The position numbers and the translations under genes were made by a program. A model generated the notes under the pieces. The model did not search any database. It had not been told where the DNA came from and saw nothing but the letters and a program-made list of their open reading frames with translations. Positions 11,653 through 23,385 of a stretch of 60,000 nucleotides of DNA are shown here, piece by piece. Source of the DNA: Vicugna vicugna (Eukaryota); contig MU057724.1 in assembly GCA_013265495.1 (NCBI GenBank), forward strand, positions 560,001-620,000, written 5' to 3'. How positions within the stretch are numbered: the first letter of the stretch is position 1; each line of letters opens with the position of its first letter.

Positions 11653-13469
11653 TTTCTTAAAGTCCTTTTCCCAAGAACACAAACTGTTCTTTGAAAGTTA
11701 GGGGTTTCCGTGCATGAGAACAGGTTTTCGAGGCCCTGTAGGAGAGCGTAGTTTCCATTCTATGCCTTGCGATGGTGTTTGGAGCGGGCGGCTTGTACGT
11801 TGGGGTGTCTGCGTGGGTGGTGAGCAGGCGGCTGGTGAAGGGGGCACCTGGGGTCGGTGGGCGTGTAGACCCTTGGCCTCCAGGGCACTGCTCCCAGCCC
11901 CTCCTCCTGCTGCCCGGGCTCTCTCAGGGGTCACTTTCTCCCGGGACATTTCTGGGGAGCAGGCTTCTAGCTGTCCCCTGTAGGACGAAGGGTGTCACAC
12001 GCTCCCGGGAGCTGGCTTGGTGAGCCCTCACACACTTCCACCCAGGGCATCCATCCAGCTTATTATTATTACAAACACCTAGTAGTCATTTTCAGTAGCT
12101 GAGAGTTGAGTCTGACTAAGAAATTTACCAAAAAAATTTGCAGCTGAAGCCGACACCAGCTGGGCTCACGTTGAGGAGAATCGTTGGTTTGTCTGCTGAT
12201 TTTTCGCACCTTCTCTAAAGGACATTATCAAGTAGTAGAACTCTAATTCTCATGAAGATGAAAGACCACTCTGAAATCCATCCGGAAGGGATCACTTAAC
12301 AGAACGGCTGGGTATGCAGGTGCCACACATGACGCCACACTGGTTCCCTGGATGTGTACGTCACTTCCAGCAGGATCTGATTGCTGTGACTGGACTGCTG
12401 ACCAAGGCAGAACCCAGCAGGTCAGGGAGGGGAGGCCCTGCTGGGTGCTCGGCCCGGACGCACGCGCCGTCCCGCCTGCTCCCGACAGGTGAGTGGTGCT
12501 GTCTTCCCAGGGTGGGGAGAGGTGTGCAGGGACGTTAACCTGTGTCACCCCGAGGTCACACAGCTACTGATCAGAAGTGGGTGTGAAACAGGTCTGAGAG
12601 TGACGCTCAGGGAGCGCGGTGTCCCAGTCCTACGCTTCTCAAGCTCACGAGCTTCTGCTTCCAGGAGGGACCTTTACCTCCCGAGCCCCAGACGCCTCGG
12701 CCGTGGGTCCTCCCCTCACATGGACTCTGCCGTGGTTCTTTGCAGTCACTCCAGAAAGTTCTGGGACGATGTTTAGCTGCCACTCACTATGGAACTTAAA
12801 ACAAAGAGTGGCCCCTGCAAACTGGGGGCCAGGGGCCGCGAGGACCACCCGGCTGGCACATTCCACGTGTCACCACTCTTTCTAGGCCCCTCTGGGGTGT
12901 GACCGCGGTTCCTGACGCCCAGGGCTGTCATTTCCTTATGTTCTTGTCTAGTCTCTTCAGCTCAGACTGGTATTTCTCACCCCAGCACGTCCTGATTTAG
13001 CCGCCAGCCCCTGGCCGGTTGGCGGTTCCACGGGATGGCGGCTCAGGTCCATGCTCCCGTGTCGGGCGCCCGCTGTCGGCATCTCTGCTCGGAACCACGC
13101 ACTGACTCACGGTGAGCAAGCATGTCCCCACCAAGGCCGTGACCGTCCCACAGCTTTATAACAAGCCTCACAGTGATTACCAGAGCCCCGTGAGCAGCGG
13201 GCCAAGAGGACAGAGCAGAGTTTTCAAAGTTGTTTATTTTCAATAAACAGAAAACTCTTCCAACACAACTTCAGTGGAAGCCAGTGTATCAACCAGATAA
13301 CAGAACTGCTGTGCGCTGCGCGTTTTGGATGAAGGCCTGGAGCCTTGCTTGGCCGTCCTTTTGCCTCCTACAACGGACGCCTTTGTACACTCCCTGCAGA
13401 TGTCACAGGGCTTCAGCAGACACCACTTTAAAACTGTCACCCCCATGGAAGCAGTTCCGGGAAGGCAAA

Positions 13470-13666
13470 TGAGAACCTCCAAAGATCCACTCCGTCGTAA
13501 AAGCAGCAAGAACGCTGGGGGAGATGCAAAATCAGCCTTTCCCGGACTCTGGCGATTATCCAAAGGATTACAACAATCCACGGGGTGTTTATTCAAGAAA
13601 AGTGGCTGAATTTCAGCAAAAACAGTGAGCTTTGCGGCGTTTTAACTTGGCCTATTCCACTCCCCC
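13470..13666 (+). mobile_element. Old L1 (L1M-type) 5' region remnant
   Basis: 'aaatcagcctttcccggactctggcgattatccaaagg...tttattcaagaaaagtggctgaatttcagcaaaaacagtgagctttgcggcgttttaacttgg' resembles ancient L1M 5'-end consensus. Confidence 0.6.
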
Positions 13667-14060
13667 TGTATTAGTGTCTCATTGCTGCTGTAACAAATGA
13701 TCACGTACTGAGTGTCTTAAGGCAGCGCAAACTTGTCCCCGCATGTTTCTGCAGCTCAGAAGCGTGACCTGGATCTCACGGGGCTACAGTCAAGATGATG
13801 GCAAGTGCACTTCCCCTGGGGAGGGCCTGGGGGACAGTCTGTGCCCCTCCTTCAGGCTTCTAAGCTGCCTCACCCCCTGGCCCCAGCCCCTTCCAACCTC
13901 AACGCCAACAGCGCAGGCTGAGTTGTTCCTCCGTCACAGCACAAGCTTCTCCTTTACCCTCATCCACTTTTAAGACCCCAGGGATCACCCTGGGCCACAC
14001 AGACAATCAGAATCATCTTTTTTAAGGGCAGCTAATTGGCAAGCTCAACTCCATCTGCGA
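13667..14060 (-). mobile_element. MaLR solo LTR (MLT1-type) inserted in the old L1
   Basis: Begins 'tgtattagtgtctcattgctgctgtaacaaatgatcac', the antisense MLT1 terminus. Later 'ctcatccacttttaagaccc...gggccacacagacaatcagaatcatct'. Confidence 0.75.
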
Positions 14061-14099
14061 ACTTTATACGTATATGAACATATAATAATGTACATTTAA

Positions 14100-14290
14100 A
14101 TACAGATATTCAAGGAACTGAAGGAAGCCACACTTCAGAATTCGAAGAAAATATGAGGGTGTCATTTCACCAAAAGAGGAACATCAAGAAGGAAATAGAA
14201 ATTCGTTTTTAACGAAAGAAGTCTTGGGTTTGAAAGGCAGAACCAGTAAACTGAAACATTAACAGGAAAGGCCCAGGTGAGAAAATTCCA
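14100..14290 (+). mobile_element. Old L1 ORF1-region remnant
   Basis: A-rich 'atattcaaggaactgaaggaa...aacatcaagaaggaaatagaaatt' typical of decayed ORF1 coiled-coil DNA. Confidence 0.5.
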
Positions 14291-14299
14291 GGTGATCAA

Positions 14300-15335
14300 A
14301 GCCGGAATCATCTGACAAGAGGTCGACTTCCAAAAGACACAGAGAACTCACACAGCTCGACCTCAAAGCACAAACAGCTCGATTAAAGACGGGCAGAAGG
14401 CCTGAGCAGAAATTTGTGCCGAAAAAGACGTACAGATGGCCTACGGGCACATGAACGATGGTGAACATCTCTGATTATCAGGAACACGCAAGTCAAAACC
14501 ACAACAAGGTATCACCTCCCACCTGTCAAACTGGCTGTCATCAAAAGTTCCGCGAGCAGCACGTGAGGTGAGGACGTGGGGACGAGGGGGCCCGTGTGCA
14601 CTGCTGGGGGGAATGTGAACAGGAGCAGCCACCGTGGAAAGCAGCATGGAGGGTCCTAAAACTAAAGGTAGACCAGCCATACAATCCAGCAACCCCACTC
14701 CTGAGTGTTTATCCAAAGAACTCACTGAAACACTAATTCAAAAATGAACACGCACCCCTGTGTTCACCGCGGCATTCCTTACAACAGCCGAGACGTGGGA
14801 GCAGCCTGAGTGTCCTGTAATCAGACGACTGGATAAAGATGCTGTGGTGCATGCAGACACTGGAATATTACTCAGCCATAAAAAGAGCTAAACCTTGCCA
14901 TATGCGACAACACGGATGGACCTAGCGGGCATTCTGCTAAGTGAAATAAGTCAGACAGAGAAAGACAAACACTACGATTTTGCTTATACGTGGAACCTAA
15001 AAAACAAAACCAATTGACAAACCTAACTCAACAGAAACAGTCATAGATACAGAGGACAAGCAGGTGTCTGCCGGAGGGGAGGGGAGTCGGGGAGGGGAGA
15101 AAGTAGGAGGGGGAGATTCAGAGGCACAGACTTGAGGCTGCAAGAGACGGCTCGTGGTGTGACGTGTACGTGTGGGGAAAACAGTCGGCAAACACGCACT
15201 GTCCCTGCGTGGTGACGAACAGTGACTGGACCCGTGGTGGCACCCACGCTAAAATGCACAGAAACGCTAGGTCCCTGTTGTGTAATTGGAACTAACAGTG
15301 CTGTGGGTCAGTTATACCTCAGGAACAGAAGCAGT
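14300..15335 (+). mobile_element. 5'-truncated L1 (ORF2 C-terminus and 3' UTR)
   Basis: 'caaaaccacaacaaggtatcacctcccacctgtca', 'ggaatattactcagccataaaaaga', 'ctaagtgaaataagtcagacagagaaagacaaa'. Confidence 0.9.
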
Positions 15336-15339
15336 CAAG

Positions 15340-15725
15340 TAAACTCACAGAAAAAGAGATCGGATCTGTGGTTCCCAGAGGGGAGGTGGGCAGAGAGGGA
15401 GCTGGATGACGGTGGTCAAGATGCGCCAACTTCCAGTCGCAAGGTCAGTAAGTGCTAGGGACGCAACGTGTGACGTGATGAGCAGTTAGCACTGCTGTGC
15501 CTCGCACACGGGAAGTGTTCAAGGGAGTGAATTTGAAGGGTTCTCATCGTGAGGGGAATTCTTTTCTGTTTCTTTTATTTCCTGTCCGTGTGAGATGATG
15601 GGTGTTCTCTGAACTCACCGTGGTCCTCGTTTCCTGATGATCGTGAGTCGTCAGGATGCTGTGCACCTTGACCTCACCAGGGCTGCACGTCGGTTATGGC
15701 TCAACGCAGCTGGAAGAAAGAAAGA
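15340..15725 (+). mobile_element. L1 3' UTR fragment of a second, older subfamily
   Basis: 'aaactcacagaaaaagagatcggatctgtggttcccagagggggagg...aacttccagtcgcaagg...gttatggctcaacgcagctggaagaaa'. Confidence 0.7.
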
Positions 15726-15739
15726 ACTGAAAAGGCAGC

Positions 15740-16000
15740 AAGGAAGAGGAGAGGGCACAGACGCACAGGCAGGAGGGGTGCCGTGTGATGCTGGGGCGGA
15801 CGCTGGAACAGCACAGCTATGGCCCAGGAAGGCCTAGGGCTGCTGGGATCCACCGGAAACTAGAAGGAGGCCAGGAAAGGTTCTTCCCTCGAGGCCCCAG
15901 AGGGGCATGGCCCTGGTGACACCTTGATCTGGACGTGTGGTCTTCAGACTGTGAGAGGCCAAGACTGAGGTCATCTGCCGTGGCCGCCCTGGGAAACTGA
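15740..16000 (+). mobile_element. MaLR LTR (MLT1-type) 3' half
   Basis: 'caccggaaactagaaggaggccaggaaaggttcttccctcgaggccccagaggggcatggccctggtgacaccttgat...gccctgggaaactgat'. Confidence 0.75.
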
Positions 16001-16129
16001 TGAGGAAAGTAAGACGCTCACCTCGTCCTCGCTCGGCTGGAAACGGACCCAGTGAGAGTTCCACTTGGCTGGACGACGATGCCACCGTTTGGTCAAGTTT
16101 CCTCTAGTTGTTGCTGTGAAAGGTTTTTA

Positions 16130-16260
16130 AAATACGATTAACGTGCCAATCAGTCAACTCTGAGTAAAGCAAATGACCCTCTGGGGGTGGGTGGGCCTCG
16201 TGCCATCAGTTGAAGGCCTGGAAAGCAAAGCCTGAGGTTCCCCCAAGGAAGGAGCAATCA
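16130..16260 (+). mobile_element. ERVL LTR (MLT2-type) fragment
   Basis: 'aatcagtcaactctgagtaaagcaaatgaccctct...gtgggtgggcctc...atcagttgaaggcctg'. Confidence 0.65.
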
Positions 16261-16534
16261 GCAATCACAACTTTTAACCCTTCGACGGCGGCTCTGTTTC
16301 CTAGTGAGCCGTCCCTGTTGCGTGCACACAATGCCACTAACCCAACAGCGTCCCTACCGGAGCTGCAAGCTTAGCTGATTAAACCCAGGGCATACTTTCG
16401 TGTGTACATGTATTCCCCAGAGACAGAACCAACAGAAAACACCTTCCCAGAAGATTGTCTCAAAGAAGAACTCCAGGAATTCTTTTCCAACCTGAAACCT
16501 CTGGACCACTGCCCATGTTTTCCATGAAATGTGT

Positions 16535-16730
16535 TTCTTTTTTTTAGCTATAGAAGTACAGCTGATTTACAATGTAGTGTCAGTTTCTGGTGCGCAGCGC
16601 AGTGATCCAGCTGTACACGCACATACGTGTTCCTTCCCATGTTCTTTCCCATTAGAACTATGCAAGGTGTTGAATACGGTTCCCTGTGCTGTGCAGGAGG
16701 TCCTTGCTGTTTATCTATTTTATGCCTAGT
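16535..16730 (-). mobile_element. Short L1 3'-terminal fragment (cetartiodactyl-type)
   Basis: T-tail then 'gaagtacagctgatttacaatgtagtgtcagtttctggtg...gttccctgtgctgtgcaggaggtccttgctgtttatctatttt'; homologous to ~1070-1255 and 18660-18920. Confidence 0.8.
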
Positions 16731-16994
16731 AGTTAGTATTTCTTTTTCAATATGACTCACTGAAACAGGAAGAAGGTTGGATATTAATCCGTCTATTAAC
16801 ACCTTGTAGAATTATTCTCAGCCAAGGCTGGCTGCTGTTTCTCCTTCTGACCAAGAGGACGTGCGCCTGCCTTGGGGCTTGCACGTTCTAGTGGAATCTG
16901 GGGACGTGGGGAGGGATGGCACCTTAGCTCCTCAGAACAGAGTAACCCCCAGGGCACGTGCAGAGCGTTTTAATGAGCCCTCACTCTGTGGAGT

Positions 16995-17150
16995 CGTAAT
17001 CCTCAAAGGCCAGTGTCACAGGACCCACCAGAGGGCCTCGTTAAAAACGTGGGTCCCAGGACGCCACCCCGAGATTACAGTTCTCGTCGTCTGCTAAGAT
17101 GTCCTGGAAGTCGTGCTTTGCAGAAGCACCACACACGCGTGTCGCAGGTG
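16995..17150. mobile_element. MER5A-like hAT-Charlie MITE remnant
   Basis: 'ctcaaa...cacaggacccaccagagggcctcgttaaaaacgtgggtcccaggacgccaccccgagatt'. Confidence 0.5.
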
Positions 17151-18659
17151 GTGACACCTCGCTCCGGGGGACGCGTTGGCGGGGCTGAGGGCAGGGAGGC
17201 TAGGCGGGCAGTGAGGGCGAGCGTCCGCCCAGGAAGACGTCTTCTGATTTCTGTGGTGAGGAGAAGAGGCCTTGCAAGAGTGTGGCTTAAAGTAGAATTT
17301 CAAGAAAGTTCCTCAGCTGGTAACTTTGCAAAGCAAAAGAATTAGAAAAAAAAGTAACTCCTCTGAATTGACTCGGCGTCCAGGTCTGTTCCTTGCAGGT
17401 TGGCCGAGAGACAGAGGGTCACCGGCTGCCCCCGCCCCCCGCCCGCCAGCGTTGCCTCGGGGCCCCTGGGGGTGGGGTCCTAAACCCACCAGCTGCTCAC
17501 GGCACAGGGCCCACCTCATGTGGCCTTGAGACCCTGACGGCAGCTCCTCGGCGAAGCTCTGGGGGGCACGGTGCCGCCCAGCAGTGGGGGGGCTGCTGGG
17601 ACCCCTCATCCTGACTGGGCTCAGGCCTGGGGGGTTCTGAAGCTGCGTTTCCCCCTCATCGGTCTTAGTTCTAGAATCAACGTTTTTCAACAACAGAGGA
17701 CAAAATAGAGCAGAATGTGAAGACTACGGTACTGGGTGAAGCCAGCCTTGCGGCGAGACCTCAAATCAGGATTAGTTACCATTTTTAGAAAGCAGAAAAA
17801 GGTGGATTTGATGGGAGAAGTTACTTGAGAGACTTAATTGGTTCCTTTCCTGGAACCTCTGACAAAACCTGGAGGAAATGGATGTCGGGGAGCGCCCTGG
17901 GAGCTCTGTGTGAACCGGGTGCTCCTGCACCTGCCTGGACAGGACCGGCCCAGGCCCCGTCCCTGTGCCGGGGGGTGGGGCGCTCTGCGCCCTGGGCCCC
18001 ACAGCAGCCCCTGCCTCTTCTCCTGGGGTTAGGGGTAGAGTCTTTCCAGGGTGACCACCGCTGGGCTGAGCCTCCCCCCCGGCCCCCACCCCCCGGCCTC
18101 TGGACGCAGGGTGAGAGGCTGCTCCTTTGAGGGGCCCAGGGCTGGGCGGGGCGGGGGGGCTCTCCTTGTTGCAATAATGCTTTGCTCACAGCCAGCATCT
18201 TGGGGCGGGGCAGAGCCCAGATGTGAGAATGATTCATATAAAAGGGGGTCAGGCCGGGGCCGGTTCCCGTGGGATCCCTGCGTCTCATGGGAAAGTGCGG
18301 GAGTGCGGTCCAGCGGGGCCAGGCCACCGTCTGGGCTCGGCCCGAGCGGGCAGGCAGCAGGGCCTGCAAGGAGCTGCCAGCCTCGAGGTCCAGCGGGTCC
18401 TCTGTCACCCTCTGATTCTGTTTTTCCAGTGAGTTAATCACCAAGAAGTCTGGAGACTTTGTACCCTCTGTTCAGTGTGTTGCAGACAGATCGCAGGTGG
18501 GCTCTGAGAACACTGTGGTGTCCACGCTTCCCGGACGACTGTGTGCTTTGAAACAAGTTTTTAACGTTGCCGTCAGCGTGTGCCATAAAACTGAGGGTGG
18601 TGGAGATTTGTTTTATATTAAATATTTTTATATTTAAAAATGCATTTTATGTTTAAATT

Positions 18660-18920
18660 TTAACTGTTTTTTAAATGAAGTGGAGTCAGTTTCTGGTGCA
18701 CAGCGTCGTGTTTCAGTCGTACACACACACGCAGGTGTTCGTTTTCACGTCCTTTTTCATTGCAGGTCACTGCAGGCTGTTGACCATAGTTCCCTGTGCG
18801 GCACAGCAGGACCTTGCTGTTTGTTTGTTTTATATATATGGTAGTTACTGTCTGCAGATCTCGAACCCCCGGTGAATCCCTTTCCACCGCCTTCCCCCCG
18901 TAACCACAAGTTTGTTTTCT
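18660..18920 (-). mobile_element. Short L1 3'-terminal fragment
   Basis: 'atagttccctgtgcggcacagcaggaccttgctgtttg...taaccacaagtttgttttct'. Confidence 0.8.
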
Positions 18921-21900
18921 ATTAGCTGCTTAGTTATTAATGTGAGATTTGGAAACCTAGGTTGTAACTCTTTGAATAAAGATAATTTCCTGAGTTCCTA
19001 ATTTCCAATTTGGCAGGCTTTTGTTGTAATGCCTGCATTGGCAGAAATAATAGAAGTTGATTAATTTTTAAAAAAGAAATTAAACTGATTTTGCTTTCCT
19101 CTAAAAGGCTCAGGATGATATTGAAACATGGCTTAAAATCCTCTGCACTTTAACAATAATGTTTCATCGTGAGTGGAAATCACTCGTCGGGTCTGTGGCA
19201 CCTGCTGGCTTTTGTTTTGAGTTGATTTCGGCCATAAGCTAAGTGGGAAAGATCACACTGTGTCCTCTGCCTACTGTTCTGAACCCGTCTTACTGACACT
19301 CCATAAATGAAACTGGCTGGTTGGCCAATCCCGATGGAATTTACATGTAAAAGTGGCCGCAGAATCTCAGATCTCCTTTTATCTGAGTCTGGCTCCAAGG
19401 GTGAACATCCCGGGTTCAAGCCCAAGTCTGCTCTCCTTGTTTTTTGGTAACGGACTCCTCGCGTGTACAGTTAAAGCGCGAGGTATTTCTATGCTGAGGT
19501 TTTGGGGAGGGTCCTCCTGGCACTCCTGACACCCCTCGGCTCCATCCTCAGCCCCGGCCGCACAGCAGGCCCTCGGGAATACTTGTCGGGCCCTGGACGA
19601 AACGACCGATAACTTCAGTCTGCCATCAGCCAACTGCTGCGGAAACAGGACCTGCGGGAGAGGGTGCCTGCGACTCAGGTCTGGCGGCTCTGCCCCAGCC
19701 CCCACGCCGGGGGCTGCACCAGGGACGTCGCTAGAGGAGATGCTGAACCAACCTGCATTCCTTTCCCTTAGTTAACGTGCACACGTTTGTGTGTGCACAG
19801 CTGTGCCCGTGTAACACACATGCACCATCGTGTCTGCGTGTTCCCAGTTGGGAAAGGGAGGCCGGTGGCGCCAGCGGCCGAGGCCTGCTCTCCGTCTGGC
19901 CTGGATCCTTTGGTGGAGCTTATTTCAAACCTGCTGGATGACTTGGTTACCTGAGAAACCGTTACCAAGGCTTGGGTTCCCGCTTCTGTGTTCCTACTTT
20001 TTAATGATAAAAAAAATGCTCTAAAGAAAACAGAATGGTCCGACCACCATGCTTTGTGTTTTGCGTCTGTGGACTTCTTCACCTTTCAGAAGCAGCGTTC
20101 ACAGAGGACAGCTCCTGTGCATTAAAATTAATCAGGCAAGAGCCCTAGTAAGTGTCGCGTCCCTGGGTGGACTGGGCGGTGCCGGCTGGGTTCCCAGCCC
20201 ATCAGCAGCGTGAGAACGCTTCCCAGGATGTCGGGGCGGGAGCCCCGCCAGGAGCACCTGCCGTGCGGCCCTGTCACCGGGCGGCTGCCCCAGGCTGTGG
20301 AACCTGCTCTCCAGGCCGCTTCCCAGCAGGTGTGGACTGTGGTTCCCACGACGCCCTGCCCGTCTGTGCGGGTGGATAATTAGTTCATGGGGTTTAATTT
20401 TGCTCCAGCACCTGCCAGGCTTTGAACTCTCACTTTCTGAAGGTCACCCAGGGACCCCAAGGCTGGGACGGGGCCTCTGCTCCTGGGATCAGACCCGTGA
20501 CTGCTTCACAGACTCGCATATCAGAACGAGGGTGCTTCACACCTGACGAAACACGCTGTGGCGGGTGGAGGGCCCCTCCTGTGCTGCTCTGGGAGGGGCC
20601 ACGCCCTGGGGTGGAGGCCGAGCCCATGATCCGTGCGGAGCCACCGCTGCTGGTCTGACTTCACGGTGGCCTGGGGGTGGCGTCCTCTGTCCTCTCAAAG
20701 GCACCGAGTGCGTGGAAAACTCCCCGTTTGGGGAGCAGCGTCCTCTCTTCCACACTCGCATTGCTGGGGTGGTGGGTCAGCTTGGTGCTGTGGGGCTCTG
20801 CGGGTCCAGGCTTGGAAAGGATGTGCTTCACCTCAAGAGCCCACAGTTCTGGCCGGAGGGCCGGCGTCCCCAGGAGGGTGGATGCACCGGTCCCGGGCTC
20901 ACTAGAACCTCGCCGTGCACCCCAGCTGTCCTGGGAGCTGCCCTCAGCTCCTCGCTGACCGGGCTCGCCAGGCGTCGGCCCCCGGAGCATGGAGCCAGGT
21001 GCCCCCCGAGGAGCCTCGGGAGGTGTGGATCGTGGCGCTTGGCGATGTGGGGTGGAGGGGCAGTGACCCCCCGACAAGCCTGTAGGACAGTGTGTGTGTC
21101 AGGAGCGGCTGAGCAGACAGCGTGGCCTGTGTGTCTGATGAGTGGAAGTGGAGTCTCCGGTCTGTCCGGGGCGGATGTGGCCCTGACGACACAGGTCTCA
21201 GGCCTGGAGGATTCACGGCGCTGGGTGTCCCGTGTGTTTGCTGTCTTCCTCCCTCCCCCACTGAGTGTCCCACACAGCCGGGGGAGCAGTCTGAAGAACT
21301 CTTCCTCAAATAAACAAGCGTCTTGTGTCTTTTATGTAAACTCTGGACCACGGAGCCTGGGTCTACACAGGCAGGAGGGACAGGGAGACTGAGTGGGCTG
21401 AATCCACGCGGACGCTCCGTCTGCAGGCTCGTCTCTCCTCTGCTGGCCCCACGTCCGTGAGTCTGACTCTGAGGAATGGACAGACGGCCTCACTTGTCTG
21501 GCCACCTCTGTGGGCACAGCTGCCCAGGTCAGTGACCGAGCATGACTGGCGGGTGTCCTCCCCCTGCTGGGCTTGGCCCTGCTCTGGCCGCCCGGGTCAG
21601 CGTGTCCAGGGAGGTGACATGCAGCCTTGTGGGGCCAGGGCATGGGCACTCGGGCTGCTAGTGCATTGGGTTATTTTGTTTGAACTTGTGTTGGAGGCAA
21701 AAAACCCAAGTGAAAGAATGCGATGGCTCTTCAGGCCAATATGGGCCGAAACCCTTGTTGCTTTTAGAATGTGAACCCCTCCCTTCCCCAGGCCTCCCGG
21801 GAAGGCCGAATCACTGTGTGAGTTGACCAGGTCCCAACAACGTAGCTGAAAAGCAGCCTGGAGTGCGCACCGAGCCTGCGACGCACCGAGCGTGTGGGGC

Positions 21901-22639
21901 TGGTCCTCGTCTTGTTTGTGCTGGGGTTTTACCAGCTGTGGCCCCGGGAGAAAAGCTGGCATTTACTGAGACCCCGGACGTCCACAAAGCGCCAGTAGAT
22001 GAAGTGTCTGTATCTTGCTAAAATCCCAGTGGAATGGGTACTTTCCAATTTCCTGGTTCTACAGATGAAGAAGCCACGCCTAAGGGCCTTAAATGGCCGA
22101 TCGGGGGCTGGGCAGGCACCTGGCCCCGCTCCGGGGCCGCGGCTTGGCGAGGCCGGTCAGCGGGGGGCGGGGGGCCGCCCAGGCGAGGCCTGGGGGCTGG
22201 TTCCTCCTGGCCTCCTTTTCCACTCGGTTCTCAGACAGACACGCTCCGGGTGGACTCGGCGCACATCCCCGTTCTGTCTGTGCGTGTCTTTCTTCTTCGC
22301 GACGCCGTGACGAAGGACGTGCAGTCTCGGTGCGGGAAGGGCCTGCGCCTGGTGTGGCTTGGGTCTGGCCTTCGCGTGGAGCGCGTCAGGAGCGGCAAAG
22401 CCCAGGGCGTGAGCAGAGGCTTGATCTGGGGGGCTGCGGCGGAATCGTGCCCCCTCAGCGCACTCTCGGAAGCCCTGACTCCGTTCTGAGGGCATTTGGA
22501 TGTAGCTGATTACCCCCTGAGACCCACACATGGCGGGGGGCTCATCACCCGAGTCTGGGGGTGGGCGTGCACACGCACAGTGGGGCTCCTGAGGCTACAG
22601 GTACGTGGCTTTCTGAGGACTTGGCTTGGGTTCCATGAG

Positions 22640-22760
22640 TTTCGTTCAGCAAACATTAATAAAACACCCGCCTCCCGCCAGGCGGGGAACCAGGTACCAG
22701 GTACCAGGTAGACAAGGAGAAAAGTCCGTCCCTCCCAGGCCTCGTTCCAGCTGGGGTCCC
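22640..22760 (-). mobile_element. LINE-2 3'-end remnant
   Basis: 'ttcgttcagcaaacattaataaaacacccgcctcccgccagg...gtccctcccaggcctcgttccagctgggg'. Confidence 0.55.
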
Positions 22761-22909
22761 ACCAGATGGAGATCGGAGCTCATCTCAGGCACCTGCTGGT
22801 TCCCGGGCTCACGCCCGCGCCCCGCCCGCCCTCGGCGGGGAGCTGGTAGTCTGTCCTTTTCATCAAATGCTTGTTGGCGATTTTGAGAAAACTGGGCTTA
22901 CCGGTGCAG

Positions 22910-23185
22910 GGTGCTTCTGAGCTGACCCCGCGGCTGCCCTCAGTGTCATTCTGTGACTCCTGTCTGTGTGTGTGTGTGGACGTGGGTTTTCGGTTTGGGG
23001 GTAAACACCAAGGAGCGTGACTGTGTGTCCCATGGTAAGAGTATGTCCAGTTTTATAGGAAGCTGCCAGCCGCCTTGCCCAGAGGCTGCCCCGCTCTCCC
23101 TCCCACCGCGATGACAGTTCCTGCTGCTCCACATCCTCGCCAGCGCTGGTGTCGTCCGTGTTTCCTGATTCCTGTTGTTTTAACC
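22910..23185 (-). mobile_element. Old L1 ORF2 3' fragment
   Basis: 'ggtaaacaccaaggagcgtgactgtgtgtcccatggtaagagtatgtccagttttataggaagctgcca...ttcctgctgctccacatcctcgccagc'. Confidence 0.75.
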
Positions 23186-23189
23186 ACAA

Positions 23190-23385
23190 GGCGCAGTGTT
23201 GTGGGAAGGACCCTCAGCCCAGGATCAGAAAGCTCGCATTTGACGCTTTTTAATTACTTATAACCTGTGTGACGCGGGGCAGGTGTAGAGTCTCCCTGAA
23301 TGTCTGCTTCCGCCCGTGGTGAGTGGGGACCAAGCACTCATCGGGGGGGCCATCGTAATAAAGTGACACATGAAAGTGTTCAAGA
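23190..23385 (+). mobile_element. MIR SINE (diverged)
   Basis: 'acttataacctgtgtgacgcggggcagg...ctccctgaatgtctgcttcc...gtgagtggggacca' has the MIR layout. Confidence 0.5.
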
